Shown: positions 17,563-26,071, numbered from the stretch's first letter. The stretch: DNA of 42,145 nt from a virus (IMGVR_UViG_3300024251_000018:1-42145), one strand, 5' to 3'. Made by a program: numbers and translations. The notes: a model not told the origin generated them from the sequence alone.

Positions 17563-18797
17563 GCGCCCATCCAACTATTGGCAGATTGAATAATCCTACT
17601 TTTAGGTTGTTCTTCTTTACGCTTGCCGCTCAATCGAACGCCTTCAACAGCGTAACGAAGGCTATCGATCAAATGATTATCTTTATCAGCAAGCAAAGGC
17701 AAAACATCCTCGGTTACAGGATCAATCTTATAGCTATAACTATTCAATTCCTGAATAACATGTACACAACGCGGATGAACAATTATATTAAAACTTTTAA
17801 GAAACTCAACGCCATCTTCAATAGAACGCGGCCCTTTGACCGCTGGCACCATTTTGAATTTTTCTTGCTGTAAATATCTAATTGTCTCAGGTCGCGATGT
17901 ATCGGCGGTTGTCATCCATCGACGGCTATCAGGGATGCTTTCAAACAATTGAGGCAAATCACGAATGTTAATACCGTGCCCGTAAGCTTCATGCGTTATG
18001 TATAGATTGAAACCGTCAATATATAGTCGCACCATGCAACTAGGATCGCCAGTAAGCTCAAGACTATGACCAAAATCAGCCCCTTGACGGAAAATCGCAT
18101 CGGACGGAATTTCAAAATCTTCTTCCTTCCAATTATTAAATACGCGCGCTTGGCTGTTTTTGCGATATTCACCGCCCCAAACCCAATTATATTTATCCAT
18201 ATCGCGCTTGCGATCATATTCCATATCCGAAAGCAGCGTATCTGGAAAGAACGGGTTATCATGCCAATTAACTTCATGCACAAGCGAACGCGGTGGCGCA
18301 CCGCCTTCACCCCTGAACATATAATCAACCGGGTCTGTAGGCAAATCAGGGTTCCAATCGCACCATATTTCCGAGCCTTCCGCTCTTATGGTTGGTCTAA
18401 GAACGTCCCAGCTTCCTTGCGACACTTTTGAAGCTTCACTGATCCAGGCAATTTGCACACCTTCTGTTGATCGGATGTTATCAATGTTGTGCCGTAAGCC
18501 AGCGAAGAGGAATTGTGTTCCGTTAATCCCAACGATATCGGTTTTTGTAGAGCGATAAAAGCCATTCAAACCCTCCCTTTGGATAACGTCATCTAAAATC
18601 TGTTTAGAAGAAGTTGCAATGGAACGTTGCAATTCGCGATAGCAACCGATGCGCAAAGGTTGCTGCATTCCTAAAGCCACTAACGCCGATGCAATCCCCC
18701 ATGATTTTCCAGAACCGCGACCGCCATAGGTTGCGCGATAACGCACTGACCCTAACGGCGGATCGAATAAGAATTGAAAGGCGGAAGGCACTTGCAA
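17559..18797 (-). CDS. terL: Terminase large subunit (PBSX family)
   Basis: Walker A GGRGSGKS, Walker B WISEA, WNP coupling motif, nuclease GADFG..DNHLIDSLRY. Confidence 0.95.
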   Translation of the reverse strand: MQVPSAFQFLFDPPLGSVRYRATYGGRGSGKSWGIASALVALGMQQPLRIGCYRELQRSIATSSKQILDDVIQREGLNGFYRSTKTDIVGINGTQFLFAGLRHNIDNIRSTEGVQIAWISEASKVSQGSWDVLRPTIRAEGSEIWCDWNPDLPTDPVDYMFRGEGGAPPRSLVHEVNWHDNPFFPDTLLSDMEYDRKRDMDKYNWVWGGEYRKNSQARVFNNWKEEDFEIPSDAIFRQGADFGHSLELTGDPSCMVRLYIDGFNLYITHEAYGHGINIRDLPQLFESIPDSRRWMTTADTSRPETIRYLQQEKFKMVPAVKGPRSIEDGVEFLKSFNIIVHPRCVHVIQELNSYSYKIDPVTEDVLPLLADKDNHLIDSLRYAVEGVRLSGKRKEEQPKSRIIQSANSWMGA

Positions 18798-19217
18798 TTA
18801 CAACTTTCCAACAATCTCGCACTTTTCTTTGTCAGCGTTGACAAACTCAACCTTAACACTTGTGGGCACACCTTTACCCAAAGCCGCTGCATCCTTAGCC
18901 GTAAATCCACAAATATCAGCAAATAACTTAAAAGCGTTGGTTCTTTCACGCGGATCACGAATATCCCGTGCAAAATTCAAAACTTCTCGCGCAAATTCTT
19001 CTTTTTCAGGGATAATTCGCGATAATTTCGTGTATTCATCCAATACAATCGGATCAGAAGGCCAATGCACAGAAGCAGGTAAAGCGCGCCAATCATCAAC
19101 GAAAATATCATAACCAATGCGTCCATGCCGATGCGGATTGCGCGCCCAATGATGCGCGAACGCCATTTTAAGGGCCAGTTCGTCTTCACCATCAAAAATT
19201 GGTACGCGATCACTCAT
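18798..19217 (-). CDS. Putative terminase small subunit
   Basis: Immediately upstream of TerL; 139 aa helical with C-terminal VKVEFV strand. Confidence 0.6.
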   Translation of the reverse strand: MSDRVPIFDGEDELALKMAFAHHWARNPHRHGRIGYDIFVDDWRALPASVHWPSDPIVLDEYTKLSRIIPEKEEFAREVLNFARDIRDPRERTNAFKLFADICGFTAKDAAALGKGVPTSVKVEFVNADKEKCEIVGKL

Positions 19218-19229
19218 GCCTGCTATTAA

Positions 19230-19550
19230 CTAATTATTCGGGCCTTTGTCAATTTTCAAAGGCGGTTGAACTTGGGATGCCCACACTTCGACATCATGTT
19301 CCCAGCGTTCGCGCCCTTCGTTCCATTTCGCTTGCGAGGCAAGTTGCTGTGTCTGCCCTTGAACGACAAGCATAGACGTGTTCAAATTTTGATAAATACT
19401 GCCAAGAAAAAACGCAATCGCGACAAGAGGAACCACCTGCATTATGACAGCAGTCATAATCCAAATCTTAAGGCGGCTTTCCAATAGATTGTCCTGATCG
19501 CGAACAAAGTCTTTTAGGTGCGCTTCCAAGTCTGCCAATTCGACCGCCAT
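19230..19550 (-). CDS. Single-TM membrane protein (lysis accessory candidate)
   Basis: TM segment IWIMTAVIMQVVPLVAIAFFLG followed by a coiled coil; next to the endolysin. Confidence 0.55.
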   Translation of the reverse strand: MAVELADLEAHLKDFVRDQDNLLESRLKIWIMTAVIMQVVPLVAIAFFLGSIYQNLNTSMLVVQGQTQQLASQAKWNEGRERWEHDVEVWASQVQPPLKIDKGPNN

Positions 19551-19565
19551 AATTAAGGTTCCGAT

Positions 19566-20093
19566 CTAGATGTTTACCCTAGCGCGCAACCATCCTGCAA
19601 CAAATATTTTTTGGGTCGGATTTGCTTCTGCAATTTCGATATATCGAGAACCTTGCAAGCAATTCAATGCTTTGAGCATAAGTTGCTCGCCGTCATCAGG
19701 TCGCTTTGTAAGGAACGCTTGAAGAGCCGATCTAGTTGCAGGACCACATGCGCCATCCACAACAAGCCGCGTGTCCGTAAGCACGTTCAGCGCCCGCTGG
19801 AGGAACTTTCCGGCCGCATTCGGCCCCATATTGACGCCCGTATCAACAAGCTCCGCCGCAATCCCCTCAGACATTGGCAAAATTAACCCAAAGCCAGGAT
19901 CGTCAACATATTGTTTGCGATAAATATTGATGGCGGTTTCTTTGGATAAATTATGCATATCCCCCATAAAGCCGAAAGCGCGAGCTACCTTTTGAGTAAT
20001 CCCAAAATTGGTAGCTCCGCCTTGGTCATTCGGGTTATTGCTGTAACCGCCTTCATTACTTAAAACACCGGCGATTATGTCATCGATATTCAC
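19566..20093 (-). CDS. Endolysin, glycoside hydrolase family 108 with a PG-binding domain
   Basis: EGGYSNNPNDQGGATNFGIT, DTGVNMG, LQRALN, VDGACGPAT, GWLRAR. Confidence 0.93.
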   Translation of the reverse strand: MNIDDIIAGVLSNEGGYSNNPNDQGGATNFGITQKVARAFGFMGDMHNLSKETAINIYRKQYVDDPGFGLILPMSEGIAAELVDTGVNMGPNAAGKFLQRALNVLTDTRLVVDGACGPATRSALQAFLTKRPDDGEQLMLKALNCLQGSRYIEIAEANPTQKIFVAGWLRARVNI

Positions 20094-20362
20094 GGCGCGG
20101 GCGGCGCTTCAGCATCGATCTTGTCAGAAACCGCGTTGATGCTTGCAGCAGCCGCGTTATCAGCATCAGCAACTGCCTGTGCACTCATGCCAGCATTGGC
20201 GGCATCCTGTGCAATAAGCCGGTCGGCAGAAGCAGAAAGACGCGCAATCGCAGCATTGGTATTGGTAAGCTCAACCATGAACATTATCCTTGCAAGTAAC
20301 GGACCAATATGACGACCAGTTAACAGGGTCCAAGCTGCTAAAAGGCGTTGTCGAAACTTCAT
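20090..20362 (-). CDS. Hypothetical Ala-rich protein
   Basis: Overlapping start/stop codons with both neighbours. Confidence 0.55.
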   Translation of the reverse strand: MKFRQRLLAAWTLLTGRHIGPLLARIMFMVELTNTNAAIARLSASADRLIAQDAANAGMSAQAVADADNAAAASINAVSDKIDAEAPPAP

Positions 20363-20583
20363 TTTAGATCAACTTCGGCTTGATCTACGTCGCTATTCAT
20401 CTTTGCAAGCAATCCTAACAACGCAGCTTCAAGCGCCGCTTGATCTATTGACGAAAGTGTCGGCTTAACACTTTCAACCAAAGCAGTTATTGCGCCAATA
20501 GCTTTAACGGCGGCATCGGCACCAGGAACAACCGCTTCCGCTACACTTTCAACAACTGAAATCAACTTTGAAACATCAAACAT
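20359..20583 (-). CDS. Hypothetical amphipathic protein (74 aa)
   Basis: Start refined to MFDVSK (20583) behind GGGAGG. Confidence 0.6.
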   Translation of the reverse strand: MFDVSKLISVVESVAEAVVPGADAAVKAIGAITALVESVKPTLSSIDQAALEAALLGLLAKMNSDVDQAEVDLK

Positions 20584-20584
20584 G

Positions 20585-20959
20585 TTAGCCTCCCAAAGCT
20601 GATCTAATTGTTGCAATTGCCGCAGTCGCCTTTGCGAGCGCCGTGCTATAATTTGTCGCGTTGCAAGCCTCTCGCGCCAATTCTGCGGAATTGACCCCAA
20701 TGCGCGCCTCATCAAGACCCTTGGCGAGTTTGAACGCATTCGATGAACCTTTCGTGACAACGCCAGCCTTGACCAGCGCGCTTGCCGACAAGGCCAACAC
20801 ATCAACCGATTGAGCGGCCAGCGTCAAGGCTTTTTCGTCAAGCGATGTTTTGCCGCACGTTATCGGCGGTTTACTGCCCACAGTGTTAAGGACGCTTGCG
20901 CCGTTCGAAGCGGTGCAACTTGCTAAAAGTAGTGGCGCCAGAATTAGATATTTCATCAT
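20585..20959 (-). CDS. Lipoprotein (spanin-like candidate)
   Basis: Signal MKYLILAPLLLAS-C with a lipobox; lysis region. Confidence 0.65.
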   Translation of the reverse strand: MMKYLILAPLLLASCTASNGASVLNTVGSKPPITCGKTSLDEKALTLAAQSVDVLALSASALVKAGVVTKGSSNAFKLAKGLDEARIGVNSAELAREACNATNYSTALAKATAAIATIRSALGG

Positions 20960-21162
20960 TTGCCTTTCAAAATGCGATTAGCCTTACTATCTATTTTCGC
21001 TTTCGATGCAGGGCTAAGATTGCCAGCATTAACTTGTTGAGTAGCGCGACTTTTTGCATTGGCGGCGTGACTTTTATCGGGCATCGGATATTTCTTTTGC
21101 CCTGGCAATCCGAATGTCGATTTCGGTAATGCGTTGCGCCCTTTAGAAGTCAACTTAGCCAT
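20956..21162 (-). CDS. Small basic conserved phage protein (DUF6582-like)
   Basis: Start refined to MAKLTSKGRNALPKSTFGLPGQKKYPMPDKSHAANAKSRA. Confidence 0.7.
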   Translation of the reverse strand: MAKLTSKGRNALPKSTFGLPGQKKYPMPDKSHAANAKSRATQQVNAGNLSPASKAKIDSKANRILKGK

Positions 21163-21340
21163 AATGCCAAACTCCCGCTCGATCCAAAACATACAAAAGC
21201 AAAAGCAACAGAAACAAAATCTTAACTGCCATCCACAATCGAGGATCACCGCCAACCGCGTCAGCAACCAAATCAATTATCATAAAGATGATAATGAAAA
21301 TCACTATTGCAATTATGAAAGTCATCAAAAGGCTAATCAT
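21155..21340 (-). CDS. Small two-TM membrane protein
   Basis: 61 aa, two hydrophobic helices. Confidence 0.65.
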   Translation of the reverse strand: MISLLMTFIIAIVIFIIIFMIIDLVADAVGGDPRLWMAVKILFLLLLLLYVLDRAGVWHYG

Positions 21341-21678
21341 ATTGTTTTATCCTCTGCTTGTGCAGTTTCACCGGCTTTCAATATAACGTCTGGGACTACA
21401 GGATTACCCACAGCAGCCGTCACAGCGTCAAAAGCCTTGCTAGTGTTATCCGCTCGCTTTGCATCCAAAGCATCCTGGCCAGCCTTTTGCGTAAAGTAGA
21501 ACGCCAAACATGTTGTCGCCATGCCGCTTAATTGACCAAGAATGTAAACAACAATCTCTTTATTAGCAGCCGGAACAATCTTATAAATTAGCATTGGCAA
21601 CGTTAGTACAAAAGCAGTTATTAGAAAGAAAGCCAATGCGTTTCTGAACCAATCAACTTTAACCTTGTCCGCGTTCAT
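21337..21678 (-). CDS. Two-TM holin candidate
   Basis: Two TM segments, then YFTQKAGQ and a charged tail; near the endolysin. Confidence 0.6.
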   Translation of the reverse strand: MNADKVKVDWFRNALAFFLITAFVLTLPMLIYKIVPAANKEIVVYILGQLSGMATTCLAFYFTQKAGQDALDAKRADNTSKAFDAVTAAVGNPVVPDVILKAGETAQAEDKTI

Positions 21679-21935
21679 TGCTGAGGCTCATTAGCTTTGT
21701 CTAAAACTTGTCCTGCAACGGCATAACCACGAAACGGATTGGCCTGTTTAGCTTGGTTAAGCCAATAGCTGAGAAAATTGAGCGGATGCATGATTGACGG
21801 CGAAGGTCCGCCTTGTTGCGTTTGCGGTCCCTGATTGGTCAGCGCTGCTGTCCTATGAGCGTACCAAGCTTGCATGGTCGCATAGTCAGGATAACCTTGG
21901 GCGCGCGCCATTCTATCGAGTTCGGGACTGGACAT
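21675..21935 (-). CDS. Hypothetical protein, first gene of the late arm
   Basis: MSSPELDRMARAQGYPDY..; ATGA overlap with the next gene. Confidence 0.55.
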   Translation of the reverse strand: MSSPELDRMARAQGYPDYATMQAWYAHRTAALTNQGPQTQQGGPSPSIMHPLNFLSYWLNQAKQANPFRGYAVAGQVLDKANEPQQ

Positions 21936-21950
21936 GGACGCGGTGCTTAA

Positions 21951-21992
21951 CACACAAAACAAGGCCCGCCAACCCTAAGATTGACGAGCCTT
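21951..21992 (-). terminator. Intrinsic terminator candidate
   Basis: Minus strand AAGGCTCGTCAA-8 nt loop-TTGGCGGGCCTT (12 bp with 2 G-U pairs), then GTTTTGTGTG. Confidence 0.6.
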
Positions 21993-22109
21993 GCTCCCTC
22001 GGTCGGGACTGGAAAAAGCGACGGACCGGCGTGTTCAAAACCGGCACTCAACGGGAGTTAAGTTTCACCGGGAACTCAGGGAAAAGGCCGGCTTATCCGT
22101 CTATCTCAA

Positions 22110-22757
22110 TCAATCGATTGCAATTCGTCCAATGACCGCGCCGCCGCTCGGAATGTCCTGCGCTTCGAACTTGCGAAGCGGCCTACGCATCGGCACAACA
22201 ACATCACGTCCGCCGATCTTGCGCGCCTTGGTTTCGCCTGTCAACTCCGAATAGAGTTTGTTGGCGTTACGCACGGACGAACCAAGTTCCTTGGCGGTTT
22301 TGCCAGCAACGAAGATGCCCTTGCCGATTTCGAGATTTTCAAAATCATATTTGAGCTTGCGCGGACCTGACGCCTTACGGGTTTTCACCTTTGGTGTGTA
22401 ATCGACAATCGCGCCGGTTTCGAGTGCAACGGACGCATTCGCAGCCGCCACGTTCTCATCCTGAACAGTCTCGACATTCGCATCCTGTTCAGCTTCCACA
22501 ACATCAGTCTGCGGTTCAACAGCCACCTCGTTCGTCTTAGCCAATTCCGTTTCCTTTCCTTCATTCTCAACAGCCCAAATCCCCGAAGGCGTCAAACGAG
22601 CGGCAACATCGCCATCGTCATCGACAATCGTAGGATTAATCTCAACCAATCCGCGCGCGGTCAAAACTTCACCATCGCCCGGATCAATAAACTTGTAACC
22701 TGGATCACCCTGCATCGCCGCATGGATGGAAGCCAGCAAATTAGCGTATTCGTCCAT
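22110..22757 (-). CDS. Putative DNA-binding protein
   Basis: C-terminal KYDFENLEIGKGIFV..SVRNANK domain, similar to 24395..24670; strong AAAGGA RBS. Confidence 0.6.
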   Translation of the reverse strand: MDEYANLLASIHAAMQGDPGYKFIDPGDGEVLTARGLVEINPTIVDDDGDVAARLTPSGIWAVENEGKETELAKTNEVAVEPQTDVVEAEQDANVETVQDENVAAANASVALETGAIVDYTPKVKTRKASGPRKLKYDFENLEIGKGIFVAGKTAKELGSSVRNANKLYSELTGETKARKIGGRDVVVPMRRPLRKFEAQDIPSGGAVIGRIAID

Positions 22758-22778
22758 ATAAATCCTTTCTGTCCGCCA

Positions 22779-22807
22779 ACGCTAAAACCACGTTTACGGT
22801 TTGTCAA
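22779..22807 (-). promoter_or_regulatory. Sigma70-like promoter candidate for 22110..22757
   Basis: TTGACA-N17-TAGCGT on the minus strand. Confidence 0.55.
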
Positions 22808-22973
22808 CCATCAATTTTGCATGTTGTTCCGAAAGTATGGTTAACAAGCGAGAAACTTCCGTTTCGTCAACCTCAGTTGGATATCGGACGTGCAATTCCA
22901 TTTCGATATCGGTCAATGTGCGACGGATTTGGCGGATTTGGCTTTCGCGTGGGTCAAAGAGGCGGTCAGTCAT
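22794..22973 (-). CDS. Hypothetical protein (59 aa)
   Basis: My translation MTDRLFDPRESQIRQIRR..DKP; ATGA overlap with the upstream gene; not in the ORF track. Confidence 0.6.
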   Translation of the reverse strand: MTDRLFDPRESQIRQIRRTLTDIEMELHVRYPTEVDETEVSRLLTILSEQHAKLMVDKP

Positions 22974-23368
22974 GCAATTGTTCCCAAACTTTTAAAGCCG
23001 ACTAAGATCGATGGCGGCAAACGCTGCTCTTGTACCGTATCGCGAAACATATGCAAGCAATATGAGTGATTATTGACATATTCGCTTTCAGGAGGATGAA
23101 ACTGAATTACAGTTTCCTCGCTACTCCAAAACAACGACTTTACAAAACACATTTCCGGCCAATTAGGGCATCGGTTTTTGCAAGAAACTGAGACATGTTC
23201 CCATCCTTCGGAAATATTAGAAGCATTGCCTTCGCTCGCTATAATTTTCAATTCGGCTCCGCAAGGCCCTTGCACTAAAAACGCGCCGTTAAGCGAGCTA
23301 TCATCAGATGCAAAATAGCCGCTTCTAATGCGACCAGATTTCAATTTACCGTCAACGTTGGTTCTCAT
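22970..23368 (-). CDS. Conserved phage protein of unknown function
   Basis: WEHVSVS..RCPNWPEMCFVK..QFHPPESEYVNNHSYCLH is a recurrent phage family signature. Confidence 0.8.
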   Translation of the reverse strand: MRTNVDGKLKSGRIRSGYFASDDSSLNGAFLVQGPCGAELKIIASEGNASNISEGWEHVSVSCKNRCPNWPEMCFVKSLFWSSEETVIQFHPPESEYVNNHSYCLHMFRDTVQEQRLPPSILVGFKSLGTIA

Positions 23369-23480
23369 TTAACATAATCCGTTCTCGTTATGTCTTGCCC
23401 ACAGAATGGCGTCGGATGTTCAGTGGCAGCGCGGGAGCCGAATTGCTCCCGATGCGGTCTGTTGCCCCGGAAATCGCATC

Positions 23481-23618
23481 CTAGGTGGCAAAGAGCGCGT
23501 CATCGTCCCCGTCATCCAGGTACGAACCTAGCGCCTCCTCGCAATCCGGGCAAATTGCATCTGCTGCAGGAAGCTCGCGGTCGCAGCCGTAGCAGCGGTG
23601 GATTGGTTCTTCAATCAT
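23481..23618 (-). CDS. Small zinc-finger protein (45 aa)
   Basis: CYGC..CPDC with an acidic tail; ATGA overlap. Confidence 0.6.
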   Translation of the reverse strand: MIEEPIHRCYGCDRELPAADAICPDCEEALGSYLDDGDDDALFAT

Positions 23619-23710
23619 GCTGGTACTTTTCCAATTACGATCAACATCGAATATGTCAATTGCCAAACGATTGACCAGCCAATCGCAAATTGTGCAATCT
23701 TATTAACCAT
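23615..23710 (-). CDS. Small TM peptide (31 aa)
   Basis: MVNKIAQFAIGWSIVWQLTYSMLIVIGKVPA behind an AACGGGAGA leader; not in the ORF track. Confidence 0.5.
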   Translation of the reverse strand: MVNKIAQFAIGWSIVWQLTYSMLIVIGKVPA

Positions 23711-23799
23711 TTCAAATCTCCCGTTTCAATGACACCTTTTTAATGGGCAATTATTAACAAGTCAATAACAAAATGCAATCTTTTTATCGTGCCCACATT

Positions 23800-24390
23800 G
23801 TTGCAGTGCAGCATTTATGGAAATAGAATTTTGTAGGTTTTTCAAGAGGTTGGTTGATTTAGTCGGCTTTGAAACTGGTCTAAAATAACATTAGTCAATG
23901 TTTTCAAGGTTTTATCGGATTTGAAACAAAAATATAAAAATCAGCGCGGTTCTCTGTATATAGTATATACCTATATACTTCACGTATAAATACAAAACTA
24001 TATATATTTATATTCTAAGTAAGTAAGTAGGTATGTAAGTATATAAGTATATAAGTATATATTGAGAGACAAAACCCTCCATTTTTATATTTCATTTTAG
24101 AACACACTTCAACACTTACGAAATCTGCCATTTTTGACAATTCCAAGGGCCTTTCATTTTGCCATCTGAAAATGAGAAAAAGAACAAACCAAGACCGACT
24201 GTTTTATCCAAACAATACACTTGTAATTTAATTACTTCGCTACATATTTACACAACTATGTAAAAAGATATCAATTCGAAACCTAACCGAACTGATAGAC
24301 AAAGGTGTCCTATATTGATACATAAATACATACTTGACATCCTCAAATCAGTATGACACTATATAACCACAGACAGTTTCAGGAGTATGT
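23800..24390. other. AT-rich non-coding region with an imperfect inverted repeat, between divergent arms (origin or packaging-site candidate)
   Basis: AAATATAAAAAT 23930-23941 pairs with 24081-24092; (AAGTATAT)x3 at 24037-24060; (TAAG)x3 at 24016-24027. Confidence 0.6.
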
Positions 24391-24394
24391 ATAA

Positions 24395-24670
24395 ATGCCG
24401 TTCGATATATTTTCTTGCTCGCCACAAGCGCAATCCAGGTTGAAACCCGTAGAAAATCCCGTAAAAGGTGACACGATCGTTCACATGAACGCCAAGTTTC
24501 CATTCACTTTATTGGACTACGGGCAAAGTTTCGCGCTCATGTTTGAAGCTGGCGACGAAGCAAACTTGCGAAGCGCTATGCGCTATCACAATCTAAAACG
24601 CAACGGTAAGGAATTTGAAATTGTCAAACATGTCGAAGGCAAATGTTTCGAATTGGTGAGGGTTAAATGA
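24395..24670 (+). CDS. Putative small DNA-binding protein, paralogue of the C-terminal domain of 22110..22757
   Basis: KFPFTLLDYGQSFAL..NLRSAMRYHN..FELVRVK; AGGAG RBS. Confidence 0.65.
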   Translation: MPFDIFSCSPQAQSRLKPVENPVKGDTIVHMNAKFPFTLLDYGQSFALMFEAGDEANLRSAMRYHNLKRNGKEFEIVKHVEGKCFELVRVK

Positions 24671-24695
24671 CGCCTCTAAAATAAATTCCCCCTCA

Positions 24696-24711
24696 TTAAC
24701 CTTTTGTTAAC
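24696..24711 (+). promoter_or_regulatory. CtrA-binding box
   Basis: TTAA-CCTTTTG-TTAAC, a perfect TTAA-N7-TTAAC, 40 bp upstream of ATG 24752. Confidence 0.75.
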
Positions 24712-24751
24712 TTTTACGCCCTAAACTTATCAAACCAACGGGAGACAAACA

Positions 24752-25282
24752 ATGGTTTTCAAAGTCACTAAAGAGCAACTTATCGCAATGCGTCCTTGCA
24801 ATCTAAACAAGCATATAGCGCTATTTAACAAGCACAAGGAACTATCCGCAGGGCAAGCTTTCGCAGCCGGTGCGAGCATCCGCGACCTTTTATGGGTAGC
24901 CGGTCGATTGGGCCGCAAGGAGTTGTGCGTCAAGTTTGCGCTGGCATGTGCTGTGCGCGCTGGACACTTTACAAAAGATCGGCGAGTGCACGATTGCTTG
25001 AAAGCAACGCAGGCTTATATCGATGCGCCTACGAATGTTAATTTGGACACGTTAAAGGTTGCGAGACGAAACGCCGACGCCGCCGCCTACGCCGCCGCCG
25101 CCTACGCCGCCGACGCCGCCGCCACCGCCGCCTACGCCGCCGACGCCGCCGACGCCGCCGCCTACGCCGCCGCCACCGCCGCCTACGCCGCCGCCGCCTA
25201 CGCCGCCGACACCGCCTACGCCGAACGGCAAAAAGAAATCAAAGCTCAACAAACAATCTTCATAAAACTTTTCAATTTTTAA
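24752..25282 (+). CDS. Early hypothetical protein with an Ala-rich repeat
   Basis: GGGAGA RBS; DLLWVA..FALACA domain followed by AAAYAA repeats. Confidence 0.8.
   Translation: MVFKVTKEQLIAMRPCNLNKHIALFNKHKELSAGQAFAAGASIRDLLWVAGRLGRKELCVKFALACAVRAGHFTKDRRVHDCLKATQAYIDAPTNVNLDTLKVARRNADAAAYAAAAYAADAAATAAYAADAADAAAYAAATAAYAAAAYAADTAYAERQKEIKAQQTIFIKLFNF
25073..25223 (+). repeat. (GCC)n-based coding low-complexity repeat
   Basis: GCC codons interrupted only by TAC, GAC or ACC. Confidence 0.9.
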
Positions 25283-25294
25283 CGGTTTGTTAAC
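25279..25294 (+). promoter_or_regulatory. CtrA-binding box
   Basis: TTAA-CGGTTTG-TTAAC; shares the flank TTTGTTAACTTTTAC with the 24696 box. Confidence 0.75.
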
Positions 25295-25343
25295 TTTTAC
25301 CTGCTACAACGGACAAATCGAAACGAACAACGGGAGAAATTCA

Positions 25344-25529
25344 ATGAACAACATTCCCAACGATTATACAGAATGCGAAGTCTATAACGGCTACACAATT
25401 GCATTACGCGGCGAACGCTATTATGCTTTCGATAATTACGGCGACCGTATAAAATTTGGTGGTTGTGAAACGCGCGAAAAATGCCGCCGTAAGATTGACA
25501 ATAATCTTTACCCTATTAACGAGATTTGA
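25344..25529 (+). CDS. Early hypothetical protein (61 aa)
   Basis: Start refined to MNNIPND behind CAACGGGAGA. Confidence 0.65.
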   Translation: MNNIPNDYTECEVYNGYTIALRGERYYAFDNYGDRIKFGGCETREKCRRKIDNNLYPINEI

Positions 25530-25530
25530 C

Positions 25531-25752
25531 ATGCCCCTAGCTGACATAATTACCCTAAATCGCACCCGCATGACCAATCAACAGCTAGCCGACTTGGCAT
25601 GGTACGAGGACCGCGCCAGACGCGCGGCAGAGGCCAGGGGGGACGCTGAGGCAGCCTGTGGGCATGAGAGGGAGACAGTGGCGCTGTGCGCGCTGATGTC
25701 GCCTAGAGCGGCTGCTTGGGATGCCGCCACGGCACAGGTCGAACGCCCATGA
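25531..25752 (+). CDS. Hypothetical protein
   Basis: Begins MPLADII; packed operon. Confidence 0.55.
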   Translation: MPLADIITLNRTRMTNQQLADLAWYEDRARRAAEARGDAEAACGHERETVALCALMSPRAAAWDAATAQVERP

Positions 25753-25889
25753 CTATCGATGAACTTCTCTATCTGGACGCACCTGTCTTGCACGTGTCGC
25801 AATTTTATGAGCGACTACGGTTGCAAAATATCGTTGAACGCAATAAACGAGCAATGCGAACCCATGAACGTAGGAAGGTAGCGCGATGA
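25749..25889 (+). CDS. Hypothetical protein (46 aa)
   Basis: Begins MTIDELLYLD; ATGA overlaps at both ends; not in the ORF track. Confidence 0.55.
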   Translation: MTIDELLYLDAPVLHVSQFYERLRLQNIVERNKRAMRTHERRKVAR

Positions 25890-26071
25890 AAGACCGATTA
25901 GGACAATTTACCCTTGGCGCTTCTGTAATAAAAATGTCAGGTGATTATAAGTTCAAAGGCGAGATAGTTAGTATTTTCGCTAAACGTTCTGGAAATATGC
26001 GTTTAGTGGTTGAAAACGATGACGGTTTACTTTTCATCTTTAACGCTACTCAATTGAAGTTAGTTTTATGA
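25886..26071 (+). CDS. Small beta-barrel-like hypothetical protein
   Basis: ATGA overlaps; GGAAGG RBS. Confidence 0.65.
   Translation: MKDRLGQFTLGASVIKMSGDYKFKGEIVSIFAKRSGNMRLVVENDDGLLFIFNATQLKLVL

Noticed and set aside
22020-22101. Hammerhead ribozyme or tRNA
   Set aside because: The CUGAnGA core is incomplete (CUGAGUU) and I could not build a cloverleaf with T and D loops.
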